This document shows positions 16,908 through 26,483 of a stretch of DNA of 64,000 nt, piece by piece. The notes under the pieces are model-generated. The model saw nothing but the letters and a program-made list of their open reading frames with translations. It did no database searches and was not told where the DNA came from. The position numbers were made by a program, and so were the translations under genes. The DNA lies in the NCBI GenBank assembly GCA_038245295.1, contig JBBRSP010000003.1:1-64000 (forward strand), read 5' to 3'. Each line of letters opens with the position of its first letter. Position 1 is the first letter of the stretch. This DNA is from Candidatus Binatia bacterium (GTDB taxonomy: Bacteria; Desulfobacterota; Binatia; HRBIN30).

Positions 16908-17711
16908 CTATATCTGACAGGTCGGGCAGTAAAAGCTGCTCCGACCGGCGTGGACGACTCGGCGGACCGTACTTGCACAGCGCTGGCATGGTTGGCCGCC
17001 GCGGTCGTATACGGCAAGCTCGAGCTGGAAGTATCCGGTGCGTCCCTCGCTATCACGATAGTCGGAGATCGAGCTGCCACCGCGATCGATGGCACGCTGC
17101 AGGGTTGCCCGCATTGCATCGAAGAGACGCTGCGCGTCGGCACGTGTCAGGCGCCGCGCCGGGCGGCTGGGGCGGATCCCCGAGGCAAACAACATCTCGT
17201 TGGCGTAGATGTTGCCGATTCCGGCAAGGCCTTGTTGGTCCATCAGCAGGTTCTTGATCGGCTTCTTGCGGCCACGCAGGAGGCCGGTGAATGTCTCGAA
17301 GTCGACGGCGAGAGGCTCGGGCCCGACCTGTCGTAGTTCTTCGAATTCATCCTCGCGGCCGACGCGGAGGACCCCGAAGCGCCGCGGATCATTGAATGTC
17401 AGCAACCGCGGTCCTGACAGGGTTAGTCGGACATGGTCATGTGTCGCCGGTGTGTTGCCGAGAGGCTGCAAAAGCAACGCCCCACTCATGCCGAGGTGAG
17501 CCAGCAGGCTGTTGCCGTCGGTTAGACGCAGCAACAGATATTTGCCGCGTCGCTCGATCGCCTCGATCGCCTGGCCAGTCAAACGCGCGCCAAAGTCGGC
17601 GGGCAAGTGGCGGCGCAAGCGCGGCTCGCGTACCTCGACCGCATCGATCGTGGCTCCGACGATGGGCAACAACGATCGCCGGACCGTTTCAACCTCGGGT
17701 AACTCAGGCAT
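16908..17711 (-). CDS. mutM: Formamidopyrimidine-DNA glycosylase
   Basis: MPELPEVE start, RRGKY, HLGMSG, DPRRFG, GIGNIY, C-terminal Zn finger. Confidence 0.96.
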   Translation of the reverse strand: MPELPEVETVRRSLLPIVGATIDAVEVREPRLRRHLPADFGARLTGQAIEAIERRGKYLLLRLTDGNSLLAHLGMSGALLLQPLGNTPATHDHVRLTLSGPRLLTFNDPRRFGVLRVGREDEFEELRQVGPEPLAVDFETFTGLLRGRKKPIKNLLMDQQGLAGIGNIYANEMLFASGIRPSRPARRLTRADAQRLFDAMRATLQRAIDRGGSSISDYRDSEGRTGYFQLELAVYDRGGQPCQRCASTVRRVVHAGRSSFYCPTCQI

Positions 17712-18561
17712 CGCGATCGGCGGCGCCGATATGTTTGGTAAGCTCGGCGAACTCGGCCAGCGACAGGGTTTCCGGCCGACGCATGGGATCAATCTTGGCG
17801 GCGGCCAAGACGATCGTCGGCTCGTCGCAAATCGACCGCAAACTGTTCCCGAGTTGCTTGCGCCGCTGATTGAAGGCGGTGCGCACGACCCGTTCAAAGA
17901 GCTCGTCGCTGACGATGGGGACGGGTGGCGTGTCGTAGGGCTCGACGAGGACGACCTCCGAGTCCACCTTCGGCGGCGGTACGAAGGCGCCCGGCCCCAG
18001 CTTCATTCCGCTGGTGACGCGCGCCTTGGATTGCGCCATCACCGACAGACCCGAGTACGCATCGGTGTTAGGCAGGGCCCTCAATCGTTCGGCTACTTCG
18101 CGCTGCACCATGATGACGAAGCGTTGGAAGGCTCCCTTGGCTTCGAGCAGGCGGAAGAGGATCGCCGTCGAAATATTGTACGGTAGGTTGGCGACAACGA
18201 TGGCAGGAGTTCCCGGGCCGAGCATTTCGACGAAGTCGACGGTCAGGACGTCGGCCTCGATGACATGAACGTGCGCGTCCGGGGCGTATTTCTCGCGCAA
18301 CGCGTCGGCGAACTGTCGGTCGACTTCGACGAGCCACAACTCGCCGGCCGTGCGCGCCAGCATTTCGGTCAACGCCCCCAGCCCTGGTCCAATCTCGACG
18401 ACGCGATCCTTGTTCGTGAGACGCGCCAGATCGACGATGCGCTGTGCCGTCTCGGCTCGGGCCAGGAAGTGCTGGCCGAGGCGCTTGTTGGGGCCGCGGC
18501 CCATTTCATGGAGGGCGTGTCGCACCTTGCCGCGCGGTGGCGGCACATCATGGTTCGGCAT
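17704..18561 (-). CDS. rsmA: 16S rRNA adenine dimethyltransferase
   Basis: KRLGQHFL, EIGPGLG, VANLPYNIS, FVPPPKVDS. Confidence 0.95.
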   Translation of the reverse strand: MPNHDVPPPRGKVRHALHEMGRGPNKRLGQHFLARAETAQRIVDLARLTNKDRVVEIGPGLGALTEMLARTAGELWLVEVDRQFADALREKYAPDAHVHVIEADVLTVDFVEMLGPGTPAIVVANLPYNISTAILFRLLEAKGAFQRFVIMVQREVAERLRALPNTDAYSGLSVMAQSKARVTSGMKLGPGAFVPPPKVDSEVVLVEPYDTPPVPIVSDELFERVVRTAFNQRRKQLGNSLRSICDEPTIVLAAAKIDPMRRPETLSLAEFAELTKHIGAADRDA

Positions 18562-19565
18562 TACAGCTCCAGATCCGCGGCGGCATTGACGCCGAGATCG
18601 TCGCGTTCGCCGCGTTGCAGCCGATAGTACCCGGCCAGGCCGATCATGGCCGCATTGTCGGTGCAGAACTGCAGCGGTGGGATATGCAACGACAAGCCAT
18701 GTTCGGTAGCAACCTCCTGGGCGCGTGCTCGCAGGCGTGAGTTGGCCGACACGCCGCCGGCGATGACCAGGCGGGTGCAATTGACGTGACGAGCGGCGGC
18801 CAGAGTTGTGTCGACCAGCATATCGATCACCGCCTCCTGAAAACTGGCGGCAAGATCCTCCTGGGTCGATTGATCCCCGAGGCCGTTGTCACGCACATGT
18901 TGCCAGACCGCCGTCTTGAGCCCACTGAAGCTGAACTCGAAGGGATTGCTGTTGCGCTGCGGCTTGAGACGGGCGCGCGGAAAACGGATGGCGGTGGTGC
19001 GGCCGCGGCGCGCCATCTCGTCGATCACCCGGCCACCCGGGAAACCCAGGCCCATCACTTTGGCAACTTTGTCGAACGCTTCGCCGGCAGCATCGTCACG
19101 CGTGGCTCCGAGCAGCTCATACTGTCGGTAGTCGCGTGCCAGATAGAGGCTCGTGTGACCGCCGGAGACCAGCAGTGCCAGATAGGGGAAGGGCACTTCG
19201 CGATCGAGGCGTGCCGACAGCAGGTGGCCCTCGAGGTGATTGATGCCGACGAAAGGGAGTCGACGGGCGTAGGCGATCGCTTTGGCGAGGGACAGGCCGA
19301 CGAGCAGCGAGCCAACCAGGCCGGGGCCGTTGGTCGCGGCGACTGCGTCGATTGCTGCGAGCGACGTGTCGGCGCGCTGCAACGTACTTTCGATGATGGG
19401 AACGATCCGCTGCATGTGTGAGCGTGAGGCCAACTCGGGGACGATGCCGCCGAACGGACGGTGCACCTCGTCTTGTGAAGCGACGATATTGGAACACACT
19501 CGACCGTCTTCGAGCACGGCCGCCGAGGTGTCATCACACGATGTTTCGATTGCCAGAAGCCGCAT
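18561..19565 (-). CDS. tsaD: tRNA N6-threonylcarbamoyltransferase
   Basis: IETSCDDT, HLEGH, VSGGHT, DDAAGEAFDK, CTDNAAMI. Confidence 0.96.
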   Translation of the reverse strand: MRLLAIETSCDDTSAAVLEDGRVCSNIVASQDEVHRPFGGIVPELASRSHMQRIVPIIESTLQRADTSLAAIDAVAATNGPGLVGSLLVGLSLAKAIAYARRLPFVGINHLEGHLLSARLDREVPFPYLALLVSGGHTSLYLARDYRQYELLGATRDDAAGEAFDKVAKVMGLGFPGGRVIDEMARRGRTTAIRFPRARLKPQRNSNPFEFSFSGLKTAVWQHVRDNGLGDQSTQEDLAASFQEAVIDMLVDTTLAAARHVNCTRLVIAGGVSANSRLRARAQEVATEHGLSLHIPPLQFCTDNAAMIGLAGYYRLQRGERDDLGVNAAADLEL

Positions 19566-19567
19566 TC

Positions 19568-20179
19568 TCAGTTTCCCGACGTCCGGGCCAGGGCGGCACG
19601 CGCCTCGTTGTTGTCCGGATTGAGCCCGAGGGCTCGTTCATAGGTGCGCCGTGCCTCGGCAAAGCGGCCGATGGCGGCGAGGACATTACCCTGCAACACT
19701 GCAAACCGCGATTGCCAGACGGAGGGGAACGGTGTCCCAAGGCTGACGGCGCGGTTGGCGAAGGCATGGGCCTGATCGTATTGTTGACGGTCGAAATACA
19801 TCTTGCCGAGGAAGAAGTAGCCGACGGCGTTGTTCGGGTCGACCTCGATGGAGCGCTCGTAGGCTTCGACGGCTTCGGGAAGCTGACCGCGCTGCAGAGC
19901 CTTACGTCCCTCTTCGACGAGCTTGAGCGAGCTACTGCGTTGCAACGCCGGCGACGTGCCGAGCAGATCCAACGGTGATTCATTGGTTGACGAGTTGCTG
20001 TTTCCCGGCCGCGGCGTCGTCGCCGGCGCGGCGACGGTCGCGGCCGGCGTGGTGGCCAACGTGGGGGCGCGACTGGGTGGCGGCTCGTCGGTGAGAACCT
20101 CTTCTTCGAGGCGGTGTTCCTGGGCCAAAGCGACTCCGCGCCAAACGAGGACGCAGCAAATCAAAGCGCGATACCCCAT
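19568..20179 (-). CDS. Exported tetratricopeptide repeat protein
   Basis: Signal-like N-terminus; TPR patterns AYERSIEVDPNNA and YERALGLNPDN. Confidence 0.82.
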   Translation of the reverse strand: MGYRALICCVLVWRGVALAQEHRLEEEVLTDEPPPSRAPTLATTPAATVAAPATTPRPGNSNSSTNESPLDLLGTSPALQRSSSLKLVEEGRKALQRGQLPEAVEAYERSIEVDPNNAVGYFFLGKMYFDRQQYDQAHAFANRAVSLGTPFPSVWQSRFAVLQGNVLAAIGRFAEARRTYERALGLNPDNNEARAALARTSGN

Positions 20180-21537
20180 CAGTACTTGAGCCCCGTGAGT
20201 TCGTGGCCGACGGCGCGGCTCAACTCGCCGATCGAAACGTTGTAGTCGTGCACCGAGCGCAAATAGTCGGCGCTGGCTTCGGTGTAGAGGCCCAGTCCTT
20301 TGAACAGCTCCTCGGCCTCACCGATACCGAGGTCGAAATTGCTGACGGTGAGGACGATCAGGCTGCGACCGGCGCGTCGGCCCTCTTCGGTGGCCTTCAT
20401 CGTGTCGCGTGCTTGCACCACCTGCGCGTAGGCCTTGCGGATCTCCAGCTGCAGGCCACTCGTAGCGCTGCGTTGTTGAGCCTGTAGCTTCGCCAACTCG
20501 GCGCGCGCCTGATCGACCTTGGCCCCGGTATGGAAGAAGTTGAGGTCCCAACGCACACCAACGATGCCGACCGGGCGCGTGTAGTTGAAATCGTCGCTGG
20601 CGAAAGGATTACGCTGCCGTGTGCGGTTACCCGCTTCGGCGTATTGGAATCCGGTGGAGAGGAAGATTGACGGATAGTACTCGGCTTCTTCGAGCTCGAC
20701 TTTCGCAGTTTGCGCCGCGATTCCGGTGTGAATCTGACGCGTCTCGGGGCGCTGCACCTTACCGTCATTCAGATACTGCTCCAGCGGCCCGAGCTCGAAG
20801 GTCGTCGCGGTCAGCTTTGTTTCAGCAATGGTGAAGCCGTCGAGCGACTCCCGTCCGATGGCGCGTGCCAGGGCACTCGACGTCAGCGTTTGCGCCGCGT
20901 CGATTTCGTAGACGCCCTTGGCAAACTTCGAGCGGCCCGTCTTGAGCTTCAGCAGGTCGATCTCGGTGACGGTCTTCGAGTTCTTGTCGAGCCGCTCCTG
21001 TACCTGACGCAGCGCCGTATCCAGGTTGTCGAGCATCTCATGCAGGGTGCCCGAGAGCTGCTGGGTAAGGAGCAGCCCGTAGTAGAGGCGCTTGACGGTG
21101 AGAATCACTTCGGCGCGTTTGGCTTCGCCGCCGGCGCGCTGCGCTTCGATGCCCTGGCGCGCCGCCTCGAGAGCCGAGCTGAGTTTGCCGAACGTATACA
21201 GGGGGACGCTGAACATGATCTCCAGGCGAGTAAAAGGGCCGAGGCCGTTGAAGATCGCATCCTTGTTCTCCTTGGGTGGATCAAGGATGTCACCCTTCGC
21301 CCGGTTCACGAAGCCGAGGTACTGGGTGTACTCTGCTTGCCCGAGGCGGCCGGCGTTCGCCTCTTCGAGTTGAGCATTGGCGGCCGCGAGGTCAGCCGCC
21401 GCGGCGGTGAGGTCGGGGTCGGAAGCGAGGGCGGAGCTGATACACGTTGCCAGGTCGTAGGATGCCGGCTCATCGGCGGGCGCGCGCCCAGTCGCGAGTA
21501 ACGTTGCCGTGATCAGAATCGCCAGAATCCGCCGCAT
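20179..21537 (-). CDS. TolC-family outer membrane protein
   Basis: Signal peptide; two OEP halves (PLYTFGK, YYPSIFL..WDLNF); RBS GAGGAGG before ATG 21537. Confidence 0.88.
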   Translation of the reverse strand: MRRILAILITATLLATGRAPADEPASYDLATCISSALASDPDLTAAAADLAAANAQLEEANAGRLGQAEYTQYLGFVNRAKGDILDPPKENKDAIFNGLGPFTRLEIMFSVPLYTFGKLSSALEAARQGIEAQRAGGEAKRAEVILTVKRLYYGLLLTQQLSGTLHEMLDNLDTALRQVQERLDKNSKTVTEIDLLKLKTGRSKFAKGVYEIDAAQTLTSSALARAIGRESLDGFTIAETKLTATTFELGPLEQYLNDGKVQRPETRQIHTGIAAQTAKVELEEAEYYPSIFLSTGFQYAEAGNRTRQRNPFASDDFNYTRPVGIVGVRWDLNFFHTGAKVDQARAELAKLQAQQRSATSGLQLEIRKAYAQVVQARDTMKATEEGRRAGRSLIVLTVSNFDLGIGEAEELFKGLGLYTEASADYLRSVHDYNVSIGELSRAVGHELTGLKY

Positions 21538-21660
21538 CTCCCACCTCCTCACTAGCCGCGATCGCGACCGATTTGTTCCTTTGTCCGTCGACGCGTGACC
21601 TTCGGCTCTTCCTTCGCCGAAACAAATTTGCTTGAACGTGGACGTTACAACAAAAGCAAA

Positions 21661-22674
21661 ATGAATACCGCCGCTGTCAGTGCTCCGCCAAGTACGCCCG
21701 AATCGTCATCTCCGATACTACAATCGGTCGATCGTCGCACGGGGATCGTCGCACTTCGCGTCGACTCCCTGGTGAAGCGCTACGGAAGACTCGAGGCGGT
21801 CAAGGGTTTGAGCTTTGAGATCCGTGCCGGCGAGGTGTTCGGCCTGCTTGGACCAAATGGCGCCGGCAAGACGACGATCATTTCGGTTATTGCCACGCAG
21901 CTGCGTCCAACTGCCGGGGATGCCTTCGTCTTCGACCTGAGCGTCCAACGCGATGTGGCTGCCGTCCGCCAGATCATCGGTGTTGTGCCACAAGAGATCT
22001 CCCTATACCCGCAGTTGTCGCCCGTGGAGAACATCAAGTTCTTCGGGCGGATGTACGGCGTTCCAGAGCCCGAGCTGTCGTCGCGTGTGGACGAACTGTT
22101 GTCGCTGGTTGGTCTCGAAGGGCGCCGCAACGATAGCGTCGACACATTCTCGGGCGGCATGAAGCGGCGCCTGAATCTGGCTGTGAGTCTGGTCCATCGC
22201 CCGAAGCTGATGCTACTGGACGAACCTACGGTCGGTGTGGACCCCCACTCGCGCGAACACATCTTCTCCATCGTCGAAGACCTGAAACGCTCCGGTGTCG
22301 CCATGCTCTATACCACTCATTATATGGAGGAGGCGGAGCGGCTTTGTGATCGCCTCGGGATCATGGACGAGGGACAGATCATTGCCATCGGTCCCCTCGA
22401 GGTGTTGTTGCGCGATGCCGAGTGTTCCGAGGTCGTTGAATTGCGCGGGTTGCCCGCCGATTTTGACCTCGCGCGTCTGGAAGCGATTCCGAATGTTTGC
22501 CGCGTCGAACGGCTCGGTGCCCTGGTGCGCCTGTTTGTCATCCGCGCCGGGACGATGTTGACGAGTTTGCAGCAGACGCTGGGGGCGAGTGCCGAGACGG
22601 TGAGCGTGCAAATCGCGCCCGTTAGTTTGGAGAACCTCTTCTTGCGACTCACAGGGAAGGACCTGCGCGACTAA
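21661..22674 (+). CDS. ABC-2 type exporter ATP-binding protein
   Basis: GPNGAGKTT, FSGGMKRR, LLDEPT, TTHYMEEAE, SLENLFLRLTG. Confidence 0.93.
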   Translation: MNTAAVSAPPSTPESSSPILQSVDRRTGIVALRVDSLVKRYGRLEAVKGLSFEIRAGEVFGLLGPNGAGKTTIISVIATQLRPTAGDAFVFDLSVQRDVAAVRQIIGVVPQEISLYPQLSPVENIKFFGRMYGVPEPELSSRVDELLSLVGLEGRRNDSVDTFSGGMKRRLNLAVSLVHRPKLMLLDEPTVGVDPHSREHIFSIVEDLKRSGVAMLYTTHYMEEAERLCDRLGIMDEGQIIAIGPLEVLLRDAECSEVVELRGLPADFDLARLEAIPNVCRVERLGALVRLFVIRAGTMLTSLQQTLGASAETVSVQIAPVSLENLFLRLTGKDLRD

Positions 22675-23280
22675 ATGCGTGCTTGGGCTGTGTGGCTTGG
22701 CGCCATCGTAGGCGCGCTGGTGTTGTGTCAGTCGACCGCCGCGTCGGCACTGACCGCGTTGGAGCAAACGAAGCAGACACTCGAGGCGACTCGTGTCATC
22801 GTCGACGATGCCCAGGCGCACGATGGCAAGCTGAAGGCACTCTCCGAGCTGCTGAAGACGTTCCTCGATACGGACGTCATGGCGCGCGGTGCTCTCGATA
22901 AGAATTGGGACAAGTTTTCCGCCGCCCAGCAGAAAGAGTTCCTGGGACTCTTTCGCGAGCTGTTCCAGCGAACGTACGTGCAAAAGCTACTCCTCTTCGA
23001 CAAGCCGGACTTCGGTTACGTCGGAGAAGAGAAGCAGGGCGATACGACGCGCGTCGACACCAAGATTATTACCCCGCGTGACGAATTCGCGGTGACCTAC
23101 ACCATGCGTCTCACCGGTAATCGCTGGATGGCGACCGACATCAAGATCGAGGACCTCAGCCTGACGACGAACTTCCGCCGTCAGCTCGATCGACTGCTCA
23201 GCAAGTCGGGCGTCGAAGATCTCCTCAATCGCATGCGCAAGAAATACGGACCGGGCGGCAAGGATGAGGACGAGCTGTGA
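22675..23280 (+). CDS. MlaC/Ttg2D/HpnM-family periplasmic lipid-binding protein
   Basis: Signal peptide; D..MARGAL..W..FSAAQQKEF..LF, W..DIKIEDLSL..NFRRQ pattern. Confidence 0.85.
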   Translation: MRAWAVWLGAIVGALVLCQSTAASALTALEQTKQTLEATRVIVDDAQAHDGKLKALSELLKTFLDTDVMARGALDKNWDKFSAAQQKEFLGLFRELFQRTYVQKLLLFDKPDFGYVGEEKQGDTTRVDTKIITPRDEFAVTYTMRLTGNRWMATDIKIEDLSLTTNFRRQLDRLLSKSGVEDLLNRMRKKYGPGGKDEDEL

Positions 23281-24371
23281 AGCTCCTGCGTATTGCGCTC
23301 AAAGATCTGCGCTTGATCGTGCGCGATCGGTCCGCCCTGGCCTCGCTGCTGATCGTGCCGTTGATCATCATTCTGGTGGTGGCCGAGACCCAATCGGGCG
23401 AAGGTACGAACAGCATCATCTTCCCGATTGTGAATGAAGATCAGGGGCCGGTTGCCAATGTCCTCATCAAGACGTTTGCCAAGCACCTCAGTGTGCGTCA
23501 GGTTGACCGCGCCACGGCCGAGCGCCTGGTGGCTGTCGAGAATCTGGCGCCGGCCATGCTCGTGCTGCCGAGCGGCCTAAGCAAACGCTACCTGACCGAG
23601 AAGCCTTCGAGCATCGAGCTCCTCACCGATCCGGCGCAGTGGACCGAGTTGCAGGCGATCAAGGTGATCTTCCTGTTAGCGGATCGTGACGCGTCATCGC
23701 TCGGCGACCCGTTCGGCGAAGAGCTGCTCAAGCTCGAAGAACGCAGCTTGACCGGCAAGCGTCTTAAGTTCTCGTCGCTCGAGCAGAACATCCCCGGATT
23801 CAGCGTGATGTTCGTGCTGCTGAGTTTGATCTTCAGTGTTTCGTTCGGGCTTCGCGACGAGGAGGTCTGGGGCACCAACGTCCGACTTTCCATGGCTCCG
23901 GTGTCGCAAGCCACGGTGTTGGGGGGCAAGCTCTTGGCGCGTCTCCTCGTTGGTACGGTGCAGCTGATCGTCCTGTTGGCGTTCGGGCACCTCACCTATG
24001 GCTTGACCCTGGGGAAGTCGCCGATCGCCTTGTTGATCGTTTCCCTGGTGATCGTCTTTGCCATGGCGTGTTTCAGTGTCATCGTCGCGGCGTTGGCCAA
24101 GACGCGTGAACAGATCATTCCGATAGGGCTCTCGGCCCTGTTCATCCTGGCGGCGATCGGCGGCCTGTGGTGGCCGTTCTACGAGCAGCCGAAGTGGATG
24201 CAGACAGTGGGGCAGGGCGTTCTGACGACGTGGTCGATGTTCGCGATTCAGGATGTGATGCTGCGCGATCGCACCCTGCTCGAAGTGGCACCCAAGCTTT
24301 TGTTCCTGACAGTCTACGGCGTCGTGTCGTTCTTCATTGGTTTGCGTCTATTCCGCTACACCGAGAACTGA
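23277..24371 (+). CDS. ABC-2 type transporter permease
   Basis: KDLRLIVRDR N-terminus, periplasmic loop IVNEDQG, multiple TM helices, GGLWWP. Confidence 0.9.
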   Translation: MKLLRIALKDLRLIVRDRSALASLLIVPLIIILVVAETQSGEGTNSIIFPIVNEDQGPVANVLIKTFAKHLSVRQVDRATAERLVAVENLAPAMLVLPSGLSKRYLTEKPSSIELLTDPAQWTELQAIKVIFLLADRDASSLGDPFGEELLKLEERSLTGKRLKFSSLEQNIPGFSVMFVLLSLIFSVSFGLRDEEVWGTNVRLSMAPVSQATVLGGKLLARLLVGTVQLIVLLAFGHLTYGLTLGKSPIALLIVSLVIVFAMACFSVIVAALAKTREQIIPIGLSALFILAAIGGLWWPFYEQPKWMQTVGQGVLTTWSMFAIQDVMLRDRTLLEVAPKLLFLTVYGVVSFFIGLRLFRYTEN

Positions 24372-24428
24372 GGCTTTGCCGCGGAACTCCGCAGGCTTCA
24401 GCCTGCGACGTGTGGCGGGATCGGCTGA

Positions 24429-24465
24429 GAATGGTGAGGGGTGCGTTGCGCACCCCTCACCATTC
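24429..24465. terminator. Perfect 17-bp stem hairpin between convergent genes (possible bidirectional terminator or REP)
   Basis: GAATGGTGAGGGGTGCG-TTG-CGCACCCCTCACCATTC. Confidence 0.6.
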
Positions 24466-24471
24466 GAGAGG

Positions 24472-25443
24472 TTACTTTTCGACCGCGGTCGGCGTGCCAC
24501 CCTTGGGGGCGGTCGGCGTTCCTTGCGGCTTGGGTGTTTCCTTGGCGGTCGGCTCGGTTTTCGGCGTTCCTGTCTTGCCTGCTTCGGGAGTCTTCTTGCC
24601 GGGAGTTCCGGAAGTCTTCGCTGCCGGTGTTGTGACCGGTGTTGCGACGGGGGTGATTCCGGCCGTGGCGGCGGCAGCCGCTGCGGCATTTTCGAGCCCT
24701 TGTTGCATGTTCCCCATGCCCTGTTGAACAGCAGCCGGCAGTCCGCCGAGCGCACCCGCCGCGGCCGGCGCGGCCGCCTTCGGGGCGGCTGGAGCCGCTG
24801 GTGCAACCGGTGCGACACCACCGACAGCCGGTGCGGCCTGAGGAGCCGGCGCTGCTGGAACGACCGGGGCCGGGGCTTGTGCTCCGGGGATGGTCACGGC
24901 ACCGGGGTTGATGCCAGCGCCACCCATCGAACCACCGCGGTCACCGAGACCGGAGCCGCTCACCTGGACACTGATGATGCCACCGGTCGGTGTCGTATTG
25001 AGGCGGTTGCCCTTGGAATCGGACGTGATCACGTTACCGAGATTGATCGAGCAGCTCTTGGAGCTGGCGGCTTCTCTCACCGTGAAAGCGCAACAGAAGA
25101 GCTCACCGTCGTTGGCAATCGGGTCGGTGTCTTGCAGGCTGAACAGCAGGGCCCGGAAACTGTTGCCGGCTGGCATCTTCTTCGTCTGCAGGGTCTTCTG
25201 CACGTTGACGTCGCACTGAACCTTGTCGCCCTGGCTGAGCTCGGCGTTGAGGCAATTGGTGTCCCAGTTGGCGTCCAGCTGAAGGCCCGCCACTTGCCCG
25301 GCACCGCCGGTCATCGAGAAGCAGACGTTGATCGAAGAGTTGGGCACCGCCGATAGGCTGGTCACGCCGATCGTGACCGCTGCCGCCGGTTGTGCCACGG
25401 CAATTGTGCTGATGAGGCTCCAGACGATTCTTGATCGCACCAT
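24472..25443 (-). CDS. Secreted protein with a cohesin-like beta domain and an Ala/Pro/Thr/Lys-rich tail
   Basis: Signal peptide ending AAA; VAGLQLD..W, DGELFCCAFTV, SDSKGN..GIISV pattern; RBS GGAGG. Confidence 0.7.
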   Translation of the reverse strand: MVRSRIVWSLISTIAVAQPAAAVTIGVTSLSAVPNSSINVCFSMTGGAGQVAGLQLDANWDTNCLNAELSQGDKVQCDVNVQKTLQTKKMPAGNSFRALLFSLQDTDPIANDGELFCCAFTVREAASSKSCSINLGNVITSDSKGNRLNTTPTGGIISVQVSGSGLGDRGGSMGGAGINPGAVTIPGAQAPAPVVPAAPAPQAAPAVGGVAPVAPAAPAAPKAAAPAAAGALGGLPAAVQQGMGNMQQGLENAAAAAAATAGITPVATPVTTPAAKTSGTPGKKTPEAGKTGTPKTEPTAKETPKPQGTPTAPKGGTPTAVEK

Positions 25444-25584
25444 GTGTTCTCCTCCAAGTTGCTAACGCAGTTCACACCGCACTCTAGACAGATCACTCCG
25501 CTTCGCCAACCCGATGCCCCAATTGCTCTGGCCAATTTCCCCGTACTTTGCCAAGGTGCGGCCGTCCCGGAAAGGAGCTGGCGA

Positions 25585-26430
25585 ATGAAATTCGGTGTTC
25601 TGATGTTTCCCGCCGATTACGCGATCCGTGTCGACGAACTGGCGCGCGAGGCCGAGGTGCGCGATTTCGAATCGCTCTTCTTCCCCGAGCACACGCACAT
25701 TCCAACATCGCGCAAAACGCCGTGGCCCGGCGGTGGCGATCTCCCGGAAGAATATTGGCACACCCACGATCCGTTCGTCTCTCTTGCCGTCGCCGCTGCC
25801 GTCACCAAGAAGCTGCGCATCGGCACCGGGATCTGTCTGCTGATCGAACGCGATACGATTACGACGGCCAAGGAAGTGGCGAGTCTCGACTTCCTATCCA
25901 ACGGCCGATTCATCTTCGGTATCGGCGGCGGTTGGAATGTCGAAGAGATGAACCACCACGGCACCGAGTTCAAAACGCGCTGGAAGAAGCTGCGCGAGCA
26001 GGTGGCGGCGATGAAGCGCATCTGGACCGAGGACGAAGCCGAGTTCCACGGCGAGCTCGTCAACTTCGACAAGTTGTGGTCATGGCCAAAGCCGGTCCAG
26101 AAGCCACACCCGCCGATCCTGCTGGGCGGCCACTCGCCGCAGATGCTCAAGCGTGTCGTCGACTATTGCGACGGCTGGATGCCAATCGGCGCCCGCGCGC
26201 CGCAATTGATCGCCGGAGTGAAGGAATTGCGGCGCATTGCCGAAGAGAGTGGCCGCGATCCGAAGTCGATTTCGATCACCATCTTTGGTTCCCCGGCAGA
26301 CGAAGAGATGGTGGCGCAATATCGCGAGCTCGGTGTCGAACGCGTCACCTTCGGTTTGCCGCCGGCGCCGCGTGACAAGGTGCTGCCGTTGCTCGACCAC
26401 TATGCCGAGTTCATGCGGAAGGTCGGCTAG
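25585..26430 (+). CDS. LLM-class putative F420-dependent oxidoreductase
   Basis: PEHTHIP, DPFVSL, SLDFLSNGRFIFGIGGGW, PKPVQKPHPPILLGG, DGWMP. Confidence 0.9.
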   Translation: MKFGVLMFPADYAIRVDELAREAEVRDFESLFFPEHTHIPTSRKTPWPGGGDLPEEYWHTHDPFVSLAVAAAVTKKLRIGTGICLLIERDTITTAKEVASLDFLSNGRFIFGIGGGWNVEEMNHHGTEFKTRWKKLREQVAAMKRIWTEDEAEFHGELVNFDKLWSWPKPVQKPHPPILLGGHSPQMLKRVVDYCDGWMPIGARAPQLIAGVKELRRIAEESGRDPKSISITIFGSPADEEMVAQYRELGVERVTFGLPPAPRDKVLPLLDHYAEFMRKVG

Positions 26431-26483
26431 TCCACGTCCCGTTGCGTCGTTCGTCAGCGTAGAATCCAAGGAGTGTCTTTTCT

